The notes: a model not told the origin generated them from the letters alone. A DNA stretch of 56,262 bases from Desulfobacterales bacterium (GCA_050124655.1 JASFEV010000001.1:1-56262), one strand, 5' to 3'. Positions 1 through 10,815 are shown, counted from the first letter of the stretch. Numbers and translations: made by a program.

Positions 1-542
1 AAAATACAAAAGAGTACATGGCCACACCGGATGTGGAGGTGCGCAGCTATCCGTTGGTTGTGCTGATTAACGGTGGAAGCGCCAGTGCTTCTGAAATCGT
101 GGCTGGAGCGCTTCAAGATCAAAAACGGGCCCTGATATTGGGCACGACATCTTTTGGCAAGGGATCCGTGCAGACCGTGGAGACACTGCGAGACGGCTCC
201 GGTGTTAAATTAACCATTGCCAGATATTTCACCCCTAACGGACGATCCATTCAAGCCAAGGGAATCGAACCGGATATCGTTTTACAACACAAACGCATTG
301 ATCCTAAGGAGTCGCAGGAAGAAGGCTTATTAAAAGAAAAAGATTTGATAAATCATCTTGAAGCTGAACCTGAAAAAAATAAAACACAAGATGATAAAAC
401 CCAAACACCCGAATCCCAGAGCCAAGAAATGCAGTTTCGCGTCGGCCCGTTGAAACGCGATCGGCTCCTGACCGATAATCAGGTTGTACGGGCGCTTGAA
501 ATCCTGAACAGTTATGACATCTTTAAAAGCTTAAATGGCTAA
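1..542 (+). CDS. C-terminal processing peptidase (S41 family), C-terminal part; the 5' end lies outside the window
   Basis: The ORF is open to the window edge. It carries the motifs [22 protein letters not shown] and TSFGKGSVQ, typical of the S41 Ser/Lys peptidase core, and it is followed by a YibQ-like gene as in many proteobacterial envelope operons. Confidence 0.9.
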   Translation, partial: NTKEYMATPDVEVRSYPLVVLINGGSASASEIVAGALQDQKRALILGTTSFGKGSVQTVETLRDGSGVKLTIARYFTPNGRSIQAKGIEPDIVLQHKRIDPKESQEEGLLKEKDLINHLEAEPEKNKTQDDKTQTPESQSQEMQFRVGPLKRDRLLTDNQVVRALEILNSYDIFKSLNG

Positions 543-1524
543 ACGAAAACCAACCCGTACCAAACGACGCCCAAAAAAACCGCGGAAAAAAGCCTCTGCT
601 AAACGACCCTTATTCAAAGCACTGGCCGGCCTGGCCATAGTGGCCGTGGTGGTCATCGCCACGGGTGTTTTGCTTTATTATCTGATCCCGCCGACACCAG
701 CGTCGAAGGCAACCCCATCACCGCCGGCCAAGACATCGCCGCCAAGGCCGAAACCAACATTTGAAATTTATCCTAAAGAGACAGGCCCGCCTGCCAGACC
801 GCTGGCCAAAAAAAATATTCCACAGAAAATTCCCGAACCGGTAACCCGCAAAACCTTGCCATTAGTGGCGCTGATTATTGATGATTTGGGTTACGATAAA
901 AAAATTGCCAAAGAATTTGCACAGTTGGATGGAGCCCTGACGTTTTCGATCCTGCCCCACAGCCCCTTTCAACAGAGCATCGCTCGACTAGCAGCATCAA
1001 AGGGCTTGGAAATAATGCTGCATTTACCTATGGAGCCGGTTGAGTATCCCGAGGTGGACCCTGGCCCCGGAACCTTGCTGACCTCCATGTCGGCCGATGA
1101 ATTGATTGCCCAGCTTGATGCAAACCTCAACGCCCTGCCGAATGTGAAAGGCGTCAATAATCATATGGGCTCACGCTTAACGGCGGAATCGACCCAATTA
1201 TACCAAATATTTTCGGTTTTAAAGCAACGGGAGCTCTATTTTATCGACAGCCGCACATCGCCGGAATCTTTATGCGAGCCATCGGCACGGCTGTTTCAGA
1301 TTCCTTTTGCCCAGCGCGACGTTTTTATTGACCATTATCCAACGCCTGATTTTATTCGCAAACAAATCAAAGAACTCGTGCGGATTGCCAAGCGCAACGG
1401 CCAAGCGGTGGGTATTATGCATCCGCATACAACGACATACAAGATATTACGGGACGTGTTGCCGGAACTGCGAAAACAGGTTCAGTTGGTGCCGGCTTCA
1501 AAAATTGTGCACCCCACCGGATGA
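535..1524 (+). CDS. Divergent polysaccharide deacetylase family protein (YibQ-like)
   Basis: Motifs [21 protein letters not shown] and NNHMGS. The N-terminus is Lys/Arg-rich and is followed by a TM helix and a Pro-rich linker. The start overlaps the upstream stop by 8 nt. Confidence 0.85.
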   Translation: MAKRKPTRTKRRPKKPRKKASAKRPLFKALAGLAIVAVVVIATGVLLYYLIPPTPASKATPSPPAKTSPPRPKPTFEIYPKETGPPARPLAKKNIPQKIPEPVTRKTLPLVALIIDDLGYDKKIAKEFAQLDGALTFSILPHSPFQQSIARLAASKGLEIMLHLPMEPVEYPEVDPGPGTLLTSMSADELIAQLDANLNALPNVKGVNNHMGSRLTAESTQLYQIFSVLKQRELYFIDSRTSPESLCEPSARLFQIPFAQRDVFIDHYPTPDFIRKQIKELVRIAKRNGQAVGIMHPHTTTYKILRDVLPELRKQVQLVPASKIVHPTG

Positions 1525-1717
1525 CACCTTGCAGCGGCAATATCCTTTTGCAATTATTGCAGATAATTCTTTGGCCTTGTATTCCCAGGCTAAAATCATG
1601 TAAAATATGAATGGCCCGCAGACAAAATCGCCTTGAGCACATCGGCGGCTAAAGATCTCAACATGTCCGCTCCGTTGACATGCACATTCTAAAAGAAATG
1701 CATAACGAGCTGTCAGC

Positions 1718-4600
1718 ATGAATAATAAAGCACCATTATACAGCAGTCGCCTGATTAAGAATTATGTGGAGTTCATCGGCAAGCATTATCCTTATGTCAG
1801 CATTGATGCCGTTCTGGACTACGCCGGAATAACCCGTTACGAGGTGGAAGATCCGGCCCACTGGTTTAACCAGGAGCAAATAGATCGATTTCACAAAATC
1901 CTCGTTCAAAAAACAGGTGACCATGAGATATCAAAGGAAGTGGGCCGTTATACCGCATCCGGTGCGGGATTTGGCGCCGCAAAGCAATTAATGATTGGAC
2001 TCATGAGCCCCACGGCAGGATATTTGTTAACGGAAAAATATTATCCCATTCTAAGCCGCGGCGCTGCTGTCAGCGTAAAAAAAACGGGGCCCACCTCAGT
2101 TGAAATTATTTCCAAACCCAAACCGGGTGTTGATGAGAAATCCTACCAGTGCGAGAATCGAGCCGGTACTTTTGAGGCCATCGCAAAGCTGTTTACGGAT
2201 AAATTTGCCAAAGTGGAGCATCCTGAATGTTTTCATAATGATCATAAGCACTGCCGTTATGTCATCACCTGGGAAAAGACACCTTCACTTATCTGGAAGC
2301 GCATTCGCAATTATTTTCTGCTGCTTGCTGCGCCCTTATCCCTGTTACTTTTCTGGTTTATGGCCCCGTTAATCTGGGGCATTGTATTCATACCTTTGGC
2401 TCTGGTGGCGATGGGGATATCTTTTTATGCCGAATATCTGGAAAAACAGGAGTTGATTCATACCGTCAAAGCTCAGAAATTGGCTGCTGAAGATCATATT
2501 CAGGAAAGTAACATCCGCTATAATAATACTGTACTGATCCAGGAGATCGGTCAGGTGGCCTCCAAAATACTGGCGGTTGACGAACTGCTCCACAGTGTCG
2601 CCAAGGTTATGGAAAAACGTCTTCATTTTGATCGCGGCATGATCATGCTCGCAAACGAGAAAAAGACCCATTTGCAATTTAGCGCCGGATACGGCCATAC
2701 AAAGGAACAAGAAAAATTTTTATCTCGCCTCGAATTTAATTTAAAAAATCCCGAATCCAAGGGTTTGTTCGTGCAGGCCATGCGGGAGGGCAAGCCGCGT
2801 TTAATCAATGATATCACTGAAATCGAAGATACGCTCTCTCCGCGAAGCCTGGATTTTGCCAAAAGTATGGGTGGCAGATCGGTTATATGCGTTCCCATCG
2901 TTTACGAGCAGGAGCCGTTGGGAATTTTGGCGGTCGACAATATCAAATCCAAAACACCGCTGCGGCAAAGCGATGTTAACCTTTTAATGGGCGTGACATC
3001 CCAATTGGCGACCAGCATTATGAATGCCATGTCCTTTAAAAGGCTTGAACAAAGTGAAAATAAATATCGCGAGCTTGTTGAAACCGCCAACAGCATTATC
3101 CTGCGAATTGACACGCAGGGCCGAATCACGTTTTCCAACAAATTTGCACAACGGTTTTTCGGCTACACGGAAACGGAATTCTTCAACACGGCTGCCGCCG
3201 AAATTATGTGGCCCAAAAGCAGAACCACCCGCCAAGATTTTGCCAATTGGATCCATGTTCTACAGCGGGATCCGGATCGACCGTTAGTCAGTGAGAACGA
3301 GACCAAACTCAGAAACGGAGAACGGGTTTGGATTGCTTGGACTTATAAACCGATTTTTAATGATGATGGGCTGATTAAAGAAATTTTAAGTATCGGCAAC
3401 GACATAACGGACCTCAAGCTGGCCGATATCGAGAAAAAGGATTTGCAGGCCCAGCTGCAGCGTGCCCAAAAAATGGAAGCCATCGGCACATTGGCCGGCG
3501 GTGTTGCCCATGATCTGAATAACATATTATCTGGCATCGTTAGCTATCCGGAACTGTTATTGATGGATCTGGAGCAAGACAGCCCGCTGATTAAACCCAT
3601 ATTAACCATCCAAAAATCCGGCGAAAAAGCGGCGGCCATTGTCCAGGATCTATTAACGCTGGCCCGCAGAGGCGTGGCCGCCACAGAAGTCGTCAATTTA
3701 AACAGCATTGTTTCAGAATACTTGCTAAGTCCCGAGCATGAAAAGCTATTGCTCGACCACCCGGATGTGAAGGTGTCGCATCATCTGGAAAGCAATCTGC
3801 TCAATATACTGGGCTCACCGGTGCATCTATCCAAAACCGTAATGAATTTGGTATCCAATGCGGCCGAAGCGATGCCCGAGGGGGGGCACATATCCATTCG
3901 CAGCGAAAACCGCCACCAGGACAAACCGCTGAACGCATTCGATGATATTGGAAAAGGCGATTACGTCGTCTTAACGGTTAAGGATAACGGCATTGGCATC
4001 TCGCCTGAAGATATAGAGCGTATATTTGAACCGTTTTATACCAAAAAAAGTATGGGGCGCAGCGGTACCGGATTGGGAATGGCGGTGGTTTGGGGGACGG
4101 TCAAGGATCACAGAGGCTATATCGACATTAAGAGCAAAGAGGGCAAGGGTACGGCCATTAACCTCTATTTCCCGGTCACTCGCCCAGAATTGGATAGAGA
4201 TGATAGGCTTTTCGATTTAGCAGCCATTAAAGGCAACGGTGAATCCATTCTGATTATTGATGATATTGCCGAACAGCGGCAGATTGCCTCTGAAATGTTG
4301 GAAAAACTAGGGTATCGGGTGACAACAGTGGCCAGCGGTGAGGCGGCGGTGGATTACCTGGTCAATCATACGGTGGATTTAATTGTGCTGGACATGATCA
4401 TGGATCCAGGCATCGACGGCCTTGAAACCTATCAGAAAATATTACAAATTCGTCCCGGTCAAAAGACCATCATCGCCAGCGGTTACTCAGAATCCGAACG
4501 GGTCAAAGAAGCCCAGCGGATCGGTGCCGGAACCTACATTAAAAAGCCCTACTTGATTGAAAAATTTGGACGCGCCGTCAAAACAGAACTCAATCTTTAG
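1718..4600 (+). CDS. Hybrid sensor histidine kinase/response regulator (N-terminal sensor domain, 2 TM, GAF-like, PAS, HisKA, HATPase_c, REC)
   Basis: H-box GGVAHDLNNIL. ATPase N/G boxes NLVSNAAEAM, DNGIGI and GTGLGM. C-terminal receiver ILIIDD...VLDMIMDPGIDG...KKP. PAS-like segment ENKYRELVETANSIILRID. Confidence 0.9.
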   Translation: MNNKAPLYSSRLIKNYVEFIGKHYPYVSIDAVLDYAGITRYEVEDPAHWFNQEQIDRFHKILVQKTGDHEISKEVGRYTASGAGFGAAKQLMIGLMSPTAGYLLTEKYYPILSRGAAVSVKKTGPTSVEIISKPKPGVDEKSYQCENRAGTFEAIAKLFTDKFAKVEHPECFHNDHKHCRYVITWEKTPSLIWKRIRNYFLLLAAPLSLLLFWFMAPLIWGIVFIPLALVAMGISFYAEYLEKQELIHTVKAQKLAAEDHIQESNIRYNNTVLIQEIGQVASKILAVDELLHSVAKVMEKRLHFDRGMIMLANEKKTHLQFSAGYGHTKEQEKFLSRLEFNLKNPESKGLFVQAMREGKPRLINDITEIEDTLSPRSLDFAKSMGGRSVICVPIVYEQEPLGILAVDNIKSKTPLRQSDVNLLMGVTSQLATSIMNAMSFKRLEQSENKYRELVETANSIILRIDTQGRITFSNKFAQRFFGYTETEFFNTAAAEIMWPKSRTTRQDFANWIHVLQRDPDRPLVSENETKLRNGERVWIAWTYKPIFNDDGLIKEILSIGNDITDLKLADIEKKDLQAQLQRAQKMEAIGTLAGGVAHDLNNILSGIVSYPELLLMDLEQDSPLIKPILTIQKSGEKAAAIVQDLLTLARRGVAATEVVNLNSIVSEYLLSPEHEKLLLDHPDVKVSHHLESNLLNILGSPVHLSKTVMNLVSNAAEAMPEGGHISIRSENRHQDKPLNAFDDIGKGDYVVLTVKDNGIGISPEDIERIFEPFYTKKSMGRSGTGLGMAVVWGTVKDHRGYIDIKSKEGKGTAINLYFPVTRPELDRDDRLFDLAAIKGNGESILIIDDIAEQRQIASEMLEKLGYRVTTVASGEAAVDYLVNHTVDLIVLDMIMDPGIDGLETYQKILQIRPGQKTIIASGYSESERVKEAQRIGAGTYIKKPYLIEKFGRAVKTELNL

Positions 4601-5259
4601 GCGCCCGCCTCGCGCAACATATGGTAGAGTGATTTTGGATACAGAAATGTAAATTCATAACGCGCAAAGCCAATGACATCTTTGTCTCTGAGCTTGACAC
4701 GCTTTTTGCCCAGTTTTGTGCCGTTTAATTTGGTGCCATTCGTAGACCCGGCATCCCGTATGTAGTAGCCGTCTTCTTCAACATCGATGATGGCGTGGCG
4801 CTTGGAGATGGCATAATCCGGCATAATCATATCGTTGCCGTTGATACGCCCGATGTAAAAGCTTCCGGGAGGCGTTGCCGGATACTCGCCTTTGACCAGC
4901 GGGTAAACAGCATGTTTTAAGCTCTCGGAGGCTGAAAAGGAATCGCTCTGACTTCTGGAGGGCTCAAAAATTTGCGTGCGGTTAAGTTCATCGCTGGCCA
5001 CACCCGATTGACTGGAAATAATACCGCTTCTGACGGCGGAACCGACGAGCACCGGACGCCGGACAAATTGGACGAATACATCCGCGTCATCTTCCCGAAC
5101 CATCTTTCGCAAAGAAGCCAGACTCACCCGCCCGGAAGCACTCAACAATTTTCCAAGCCGTTCTGCCTGTGACCTATCGCTTTTGGCCTTTGCTGAGGCT
5201 GCCTGAGGTGGTTGGTTCTTTTTTTGCTTTTTGAAACGGGCAAATGTTCTACCCAGCAT
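4597..5259 (-). CDS. FHA domain-containing protein
   Basis: C-terminal FHA signature GRINGNDMIMPDYAISKRHAII...DAGSTNGTKLNG. The N-terminal half is basic and Ser-rich low complexity. Its stop overlaps the convergent kinase stop. Confidence 0.85.
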   Translation of the reverse strand: MLGRTFARFKKQKKNQPPQAASAKAKSDRSQAERLGKLLSASGRVSLASLRKMVREDDADVFVQFVRRPVLVGSAVRSGIISSQSGVASDELNRTQIFEPSRSQSDSFSASESLKHAVYPLVKGEYPATPPGSFYIGRINGNDMIMPDYAISKRHAIIDVEEDGYYIRDAGSTNGTKLNGTKLGKKRVKLRDKDVIGFARYEFTFLYPKSLYHMLREAGA

Positions 5260-5708
5260 TTTAATCCTCCTGTCTTGCCGCTTTCAACCGTTTCACATTT
5301 TGCCGGCTCCGCTGAAGACATTCTCCCAAAAATTGCAAAAAGGGGATTCGGTCTGATTGTAAAGCGGGAAGATAGCGCAAACCCGTATGTCTATAAATCA
5401 GAGTTTGGATGAAAGAATCATCAAGTTATTACAGTATATTATCGCAGAAAGGCCTCTAAAAGTCAAGAATTGCCCAAACTATATGCAATTACAAGGCCTT
5501 ATGGAATTGCGACAGATGTTGATGTCAATTCATCCCGAATTTCTAAAGATACTATCGGCCGTTATGAGGAAAAATTAAGGGTCAAAGACGGATTTGATTG
5601 ACTCTGTTTGTCTGGCTTTATATGATAGAGGCCCACATACGCCAATGCTGTCTGCGCTAACCGGCAGTTGAACATGTATGAGATAATGGTAATTCCGTTG
5701 ATTGTTGG

Positions 5709-7973
5709 ATGATATCAAATTTGATAATGAAACTCTTTTTAAACATAACGTTGATTCTACTAACGATTTTTGCCTGCTTTGTGGAAAACATCTATCTTGC
5801 CATTAGACCCCCCGCCCCGCAAAAAACGGCCACACTGGCGATCCGTGCCCGCCAGCCTTTCAATTTTGATCAGAAAAAAGCGCTGAGCTCCAAACGTATC
5901 CAAGCGCTTTCGCAATTTGTTCCTGTATTTAATTATCTTCCAGAGCGCGTCAACGCATCCAAGAAAAAATTACAGCTTCTTACCAAAGAATTATTAACCT
6001 ATCAGGACCGCGGTAAAAACCGCGTTGACGAGCTGGTCTTGATGATCAACTCCGAATTCGGTGTGGACATATCTGCTAAAACAATGTCCAAAGTACTGCG
6101 ATATAAAGACCTGAGAAAATTACTAAAAGGCATTTTTACGGTTGAAGAAGCCATTCTACAAAATAAAATTTTAGATGACCCCCAAAATGTAAAGGGCAAA
6201 ACGGCCATCGAAATCCATGATCCGGCGTTGGCGGCACCGGCGGTGACCGCTGTCGATGAATTGACAACCCTTCAAACAGCCCGGCTGACCCTGCTGCAAA
6301 AAGTCCAGGAGCTTTTCTGGCAGGTGGACGAATCCATCCTGAACCCTGTTTTAAAAATATCTCAGACCACTCTGCTGCCAAACCTGATCTACAACCAAGA
6401 GGAAAACGCCCTGCGGCTGGATAAGATTCACCGTCAGTATCCGATTGAAATCCTTTCATTTCAGACTGGTGACATTTTGGTTCCCTTTCGTCGCGTATTC
6501 AGCGAGGAAGATGTGCTGTTGTTGGAGGCCTATCAACAGCAACAGCTCAGAAAGATTTACCGCAACGCGCCCTGGGTTTTGTTTACCGTTTTGTTTATGG
6601 TCATTTTCTATAATCTGTTTCTATCAAAAGTGCTGACTAGCGGGTCTCGCAAAGCGCCGCCCCAACGCCCCCTGATTTCATTGTTAATTCTATGCGTCAT
6701 CGTGCTCAAGGGCTGCCTGCTGTTTACCCCATTGCCCATTTATGCCATTCCTTTTGCGTTTTTGCCCTTGATGGTCATCTCATTAAATCATGGAAAGTTG
6801 ACCGCCACCGGCACCGCCATGGTGGGCGCTATTATTGTAAGCTTGATCGCTGGTCCGCAATATACCATCGTGCTTTATTTGATTTTCGGTGGAATGGCGG
6901 CCACACTGGTGTCGGCCAATATACAGAAGCGCTGGCAAATTATTCTGCCATCCCTGATGGTCGGCATCGTCAATGCTTTAAGTGTATTGGCGTTCAGCCT
7001 GGATTGGCAGACGGTCTTTCCGGCAGCACCCAACCAGCTGAATCTCGCCGCCCTGGTCCAGCCGGAGTCATTCGATAAGGCCATGATGGAGCGGTTGGGC
7101 TGGGCGTTTGCCGGTGGTCTGGCCGCCGGGCCCCTGGCACTGTTGCTGTTGCCGCTGCTGGAGATCAGCTGGGACACGGCCTCTGCCTTCAAGCTCAATC
7201 GTTACACGGATCTGCAGCATCCGCTGTTGAAAAAATTACAGAAGAACGCGCCCGGCACTTACCAGCATTCCACGACCGTCGCGCACTTAGCCCAGGTTGT
7301 TGGTGAAGCCATCGGCGCCAATGCACTACTTTTGAGGATCGGCGCTTACTACCATGATATCGGCAAAATGGACGTGCCCAAAAATTTTATCGAAAACCAA
7401 TTCAACAGTCCCAACCCGCATGATTCATTGGATCCCTGGGAAAGTACCGAACTCATTATCAACCATGTTAAAAACGGCATCAAAATTGCCATGGACGCCG
7501 GCCTGCCCAGAGCTGTGGTGGATTTAATCCCTCAGCATCATGGCACCCAGCTGATTGAATACTTTTTTAGTTTGGCGGCTAAAGGGCAGCCCCGGGAAAC
7601 TCTGGATGAACTCGATTTTAGGTATCCGGGCCCCAAGCCCCAGAGTACTGAAGCGGCCATTTTGATGATTGTTGATTCGGTGGAAGCCGCATCCCGCACG
7701 ATGCAGGATCCCACCCGCTACAAACTCAGTAAAATGGTCCAACACATTGTCGGCAAACGCATTGCAGACGAACAATTTAGCCAGTGCGACTTGACCACCC
7801 GCGACATCGCCAAGATCGTGCGCGTGTTGGTCGATGCACTGGAAGTGTCGTTTCACGCCCGTATTCGTTACCCGTGGCAGGAGAAAGTAACTGCTCAAAA
7901 ACGATCTGGCTTGAGTTTTAAAATCGGTGGAAAAGACAAATCGCCACCCAACCGCAAATCCTTTAAAATGTGA
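5709..7973 (+). CDS. Membrane-associated HD/HDIG phosphohydrolase (7TM receptor with HD domain, PgpH/YqfF-like)
   Basis: Large N-terminal extracytoplasmic region, a block of about 7 TM helices, then an HD domain with HSTTVAHLA, YYHDIGK and PQHHGT. Confidence 0.85.
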   Translation: MISNLIMKLFLNITLILLTIFACFVENIYLAIRPPAPQKTATLAIRARQPFNFDQKKALSSKRIQALSQFVPVFNYLPERVNASKKKLQLLTKELLTYQDRGKNRVDELVLMINSEFGVDISAKTMSKVLRYKDLRKLLKGIFTVEEAILQNKILDDPQNVKGKTAIEIHDPALAAPAVTAVDELTTLQTARLTLLQKVQELFWQVDESILNPVLKISQTTLLPNLIYNQEENALRLDKIHRQYPIEILSFQTGDILVPFRRVFSEEDVLLLEAYQQQQLRKIYRNAPWVLFTVLFMVIFYNLFLSKVLTSGSRKAPPQRPLISLLILCVIVLKGCLLFTPLPIYAIPFAFLPLMVISLNHGKLTATGTAMVGAIIVSLIAGPQYTIVLYLIFGGMAATLVSANIQKRWQIILPSLMVGIVNALSVLAFSLDWQTVFPAAPNQLNLAALVQPESFDKAMMERLGWAFAGGLAAGPLALLLLPLLEISWDTASAFKLNRYTDLQHPLLKKLQKNAPGTYQHSTTVAHLAQVVGEAIGANALLLRIGAYYHDIGKMDVPKNFIENQFNSPNPHDSLDPWESTELIINHVKNGIKIAMDAGLPRAVVDLIPQHHGTQLIEYFFSLAAKGQPRETLDELDFRYPGPKPQSTEAAILMIVDSVEAASRTMQDPTRYKLSKMVQHIVGKRIADEQFSQCDLTTRDIAKIVRVLVDALEVSFHARIRYPWQEKVTAQKRSGLSFKIGGKDKSPPNRKSFKM

Positions 7974-8108
7974 TTTGTATGAAAATTAATGAGAGGCGGT
8001 CGTTAATTCAAATGTAAACAGCTTAAGAAGATCAGCGAAGTAAGCGAAAAAACCGCTCTGATATATGGATGAAAATCATTTTATCTCATTAATTTCCACC
8101 CTGCGGGC

Positions 8109-8203
8109 AAGCCGGAGACTTACATCTGCTGCGTTATTAAGGCCGAGGCATAGTTCACTATAGCCTCGACCTTAAGTGCCTTGCACATGAAAGCCTCCGG
8201 CTT
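8109..8203. repeat. Imperfect hairpin/palindrome of about 95 nt in the leader of the OFOR operon
   Basis: Outer arms aagccggag (8109-8117) and ctccggctt (8195-8203) are perfect complements. Inner arms ttaaggccgaggc (8137-8149) and gcctcgaccttaa (8163-8175) have 1 mismatch. Confidence 0.6.
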
Positions 8204-8302
8204 GAACAAAACTCAAGTCATGTAATGCGGTTTGCCCCGTTCACCGGCTTTTGGCAGCTCACCTATAGCGTCATTCCGGTTTATATTGCGCTTAAAGGTT
8301 TA

Positions 8303-8389
8303 CCCGTTGCGCCCGTTGAGCCCGTTTGCCGGTCTTGAGATCTGACCATTTTCTTGATTAACGGGCTCAACCGGCTTAACGGGCTAACC
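8303..8389. repeat. Inverted array of degenerate 9-nt units (CCCGTT-type), same family as 25830-26006
   Basis: The left arm cccgttgcgcccgttgagcccgtttgccgg faces the right arm taacgggctcaaccggcttaacgggctaacc. The 16-nt core gcccgttgagcccgtt (8311-8326) is identical to 25878-25893, and the central tctga(c/t)c..ttctt segment is also similar. Confidence 0.65.
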
Positions 8390-8408
8390 GAACGACGGAG
8401 GAGTTCAT

Positions 8409-9527
8409 ATGGCTTACAGCTTACTAGAAGGCAACGAAGCCATTGCCCGTGGGGCCGTTGCCGCCGGTTGCCGCTTTTTTGCCGGCTATCCGATCACGCC
8501 GGCAACCACTATATATCATACCATGCTCAACCTGCTGCCGCCGCTGGGTGGTACTTGCCTTCAAGGCGAGGATGAAATCGCTTCCATTGGATTTTGCCTG
8601 GGGGCGTCCATGGCCGGAATGAAAGTCATGACCGCCACTTCGGGTCCGGGCATCAGCCTGTACAGTGAAAATGTATCCTTTGCCATCGGCAGTGAAATAC
8701 CGATCGTGATTGTCGACGTACAGCGCCTGGGTCCTTCCACCGGCTCCGCCACCCGGGGGGCTGATGGGGATATCAATTTTTTACGCTGGGGCAACAGCGG
8801 CGGCCTGCCGGTTATTGTCCTGGCGCCGGTGGACGTCAAAGATTGCTTTACATTGACGCTGCAGGCATTTAATTTGGCTGAAGAATTTCGCTGTCCGGTT
8901 TTTTTGGCTTCCAACAAGGAAATCGGTATGACACGCGAAAGCATCGATCTTCAAAAGCTGGACACCCCCGACATCATCGAGCGTTCCACTGCGCCAACCG
9001 ATCAGCCATTTTTGCCTTTCAGTGTCGCAGACGGACAGCAGGTGCCCGACTTTCTTCCCATTGGCCATCAAGTTCTGGTCCGCCAGACCTCCTCGACCCA
9101 CGGTGCAGATGGTTACATCACCACCGATCCGGCTGCCATCGCTCGCAATCAGCAGCGTTTAAAGACCAAGCTGCTGGCCGCCATCGACCGGTTTTCTTTC
9201 CATGAACTCTACCGCCATAAGAATGCCGCTACCCTGCTGATTGCTTACGGCGTTTCCGCCCGGGCTGCAAAAGCCGTATTCAGAGCCCAAAAGCGACAGG
9301 GCAAACCCATTTCGCTGCTGATCCTAAAGACATTGTGGCCGGCGCCGGAAAAGGTGATTCGGCAGGCGGCCCGTCATGCCAAGCGCATCATTGCAGTGGA
9401 AATGAACATGGGGCAATATGTGCACGAAATCCAACGCATTCTGCCCGACAAACCGATTGATTTTTGCGGTCAAATGGATGGCCGGCTCATCACGCCTGCC
9501 CGCATCAAGGAGGCTGTCGATGAATAG
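8409..9527 (+). CDS. 2-oxoacid:ferredoxin (acceptor) oxidoreductase, alpha subunit
   Basis: N-terminus MAYSLLEGNEAIARGAVAAGCRFFAGYPITPAT and TATSGPGISL are typical of OFOR alpha subunits. RBS ggaggag lies 6 nt upstream. Confidence 0.85.
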   Translation: MAYSLLEGNEAIARGAVAAGCRFFAGYPITPATTIYHTMLNLLPPLGGTCLQGEDEIASIGFCLGASMAGMKVMTATSGPGISLYSENVSFAIGSEIPIVIVDVQRLGPSTGSATRGADGDINFLRWGNSGGLPVIVLAPVDVKDCFTLTLQAFNLAEEFRCPVFLASNKEIGMTRESIDLQKLDTPDIIERSTAPTDQPFLPFSVADGQQVPDFLPIGHQVLVRQTSSTHGADGYITTDPAAIARNQQRLKTKLLAAIDRFSFHELYRHKNAATLLIAYGVSARAAKAVFRAQKRQGKPISLLILKTLWPAPEKVIRQAARHAKRIIAVEMNMGQYVHEIQRILPDKPIDFCGQMDGRLITPARIKEAVDE

Positions 9528-10815
9528 TCTTTTAAATGCCGCAAGACCGCCGCTATTATGTCCGGGCTGCGCCCATGAGCGCATCACCCATAGCTTGGAT
9601 CAGGCATTTCAAAACATGAAATTGTCCGGCTCTCAGATTGTGATTGTCAGCGATATCGGCTGCTCCGGCCTGTTTGACACTTTTTTTCACACCCACGCCA
9701 TGCACGGCCTGCATGGCCGGGCCCTGACATATGCAGCCGGACTAAAAATGGCACGTCCGGAACTCAACGTGGTGGTCACCATGGGTGACGGTGGTCAGGG
9801 GATCGGTGGCGCCCACCTGCTGGCCGCCTGTCGTCGCAACCTCGATCTGACCCTGCTCATTTTAAACAACTTTAATTTCGGCATGACCGGCGGTCAGTTC
9901 TCCGCTACCACACCATCGGAAGCCCAACTGAGTTCCGGTTTTCTATCGGTGCTGGAACGCCCGCTGGATATCGGCGAAGTCGCGCGTTGCGCCGGTGCGC
10001 CGTATGTCCGGCGATGCTCCGGTTATCAAAAAAACCTACCGCAACTAATCCAAGAAGCCGTTGAATATAAAGGGTTTGCCCTAATGGATATCTGGGGCAT
10101 CTGTCCCGGCCGCTACACCAAAAAAAACCGAATGACCCCCAAGATGATCGATGACGCCCTGGCCGAACGGCCGCCGCGGCACGGCATCGTGCCTGAAAAT
10201 GTGCGCCCGGAATACGGGCAGCATTATCGTCAACTGGCCGCCGAACAGAAAAAAGTTTCCCCGCCGGCGACCATCAATTCGCAATTTAAGGCACCTCAGA
10301 GCGGTCGACAGGAGGTCATATTGCTGGGCAGCGCCGGACAGCGGATCATCACCGCCGGCGAACTGCTGTGCATCGCCGGGCTAACGGCCGGGATGAACAC
10401 CACCCAGAAAAACGAGTATAACATCACCGTCCTGCGCGGCCCTTCGATTAGTGAACTTATTCTATCTCCGCAGGAAATCGACTTTACCGGCATTGAGACG
10501 CCCGATGTGGTGCTTGCCCTGGATCAGGAAGGGGTGGATCGGCGCCGGGATATGTTTGCGCGCTTGACAGCGGAAACCCTGATCATTCAGATCAAGAGCG
10601 TCAGCCTGCCCGAATGCAAAGCCCGCATCCATGCGGTCGATTTAAAAGCCAAGGGCATCAAGCGCCCGGACTGGGCACTGGCCGCTTTGGCGATTTTAGC
10701 CAACCTTAACCGTGTGATCAGTGTTGACATGCTGATCGCGGCATTAAAATTAAAATTTAAAGGCAATACCCGTCAAACAGCCCTATCACTGGTTAAACAA
10801 TTGGGATCCCATTGA
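9520..10815 (+). CDS. 2-oxoacid:ferredoxin oxidoreductase, beta (TPP-binding) subunit fused to a gamma-type domain
   Basis: ATG 9520 overlaps the alpha stop (9525-9527). N-terminal Cys motif CPGCAHE...DIGCSG. TPP motif GDGGQGIGG...LNNFNFGMTGGQ. The C-terminal part EVILLGSAGQRIITAGELL resembles the OorC/PorG gamma fold. The track ORF begins at 9418, but the coupled ATG is preferred. Confidence 0.8.
   Translation: MNSLLNAARPPLLCPGCAHERITHSLDQAFQNMKLSGSQIVIVSDIGCSGLFDTFFHTHAMHGLHGRALTYAAGLKMARPELNVVVTMGDGGQGIGGAHLLAACRRNLDLTLLILNNFNFGMTGGQFSATTPSEAQLSSGFLSVLERPLDIGEVARCAGAPYVRRCSGYQKNLPQLIQEAVEYKGFALMDIWGICPGRYTKKNRMTPKMIDDALAERPPRHGIVPENVRPEYGQHYRQLAAEQKKVSPPATINSQFKAPQSGRQEVILLGSAGQRIITAGELLCIAGLTAGMNTTQKNEYNITVLRGPSISELILSPQEIDFTGIETPDVVLALDQEGVDRRRDMFARLTAETLIIQIKSVSLPECKARIHAVDLKAKGIKRPDWALAALAILANLNRVISVDMLIAALKLKFKGNTRQTALSLVKQLGSH

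Noticed and set aside
5387-5578. A 63-aa + strand ORF in the FHA/PgpH intergenic region.
   Set aside because: It has no convincing RBS and no recognisable motif, and it sits in an AT-rich promoter-like region. It cannot be supported from sequence alone.
9418-9519. The upstream extension of the OFOR beta-gamma ORF given in the track.
   Set aside because: It would overlap the alpha gene by 110 nt. ATG 9520 gives the canonical beta N-terminus (PLLCPGC) and stop/start coupling.
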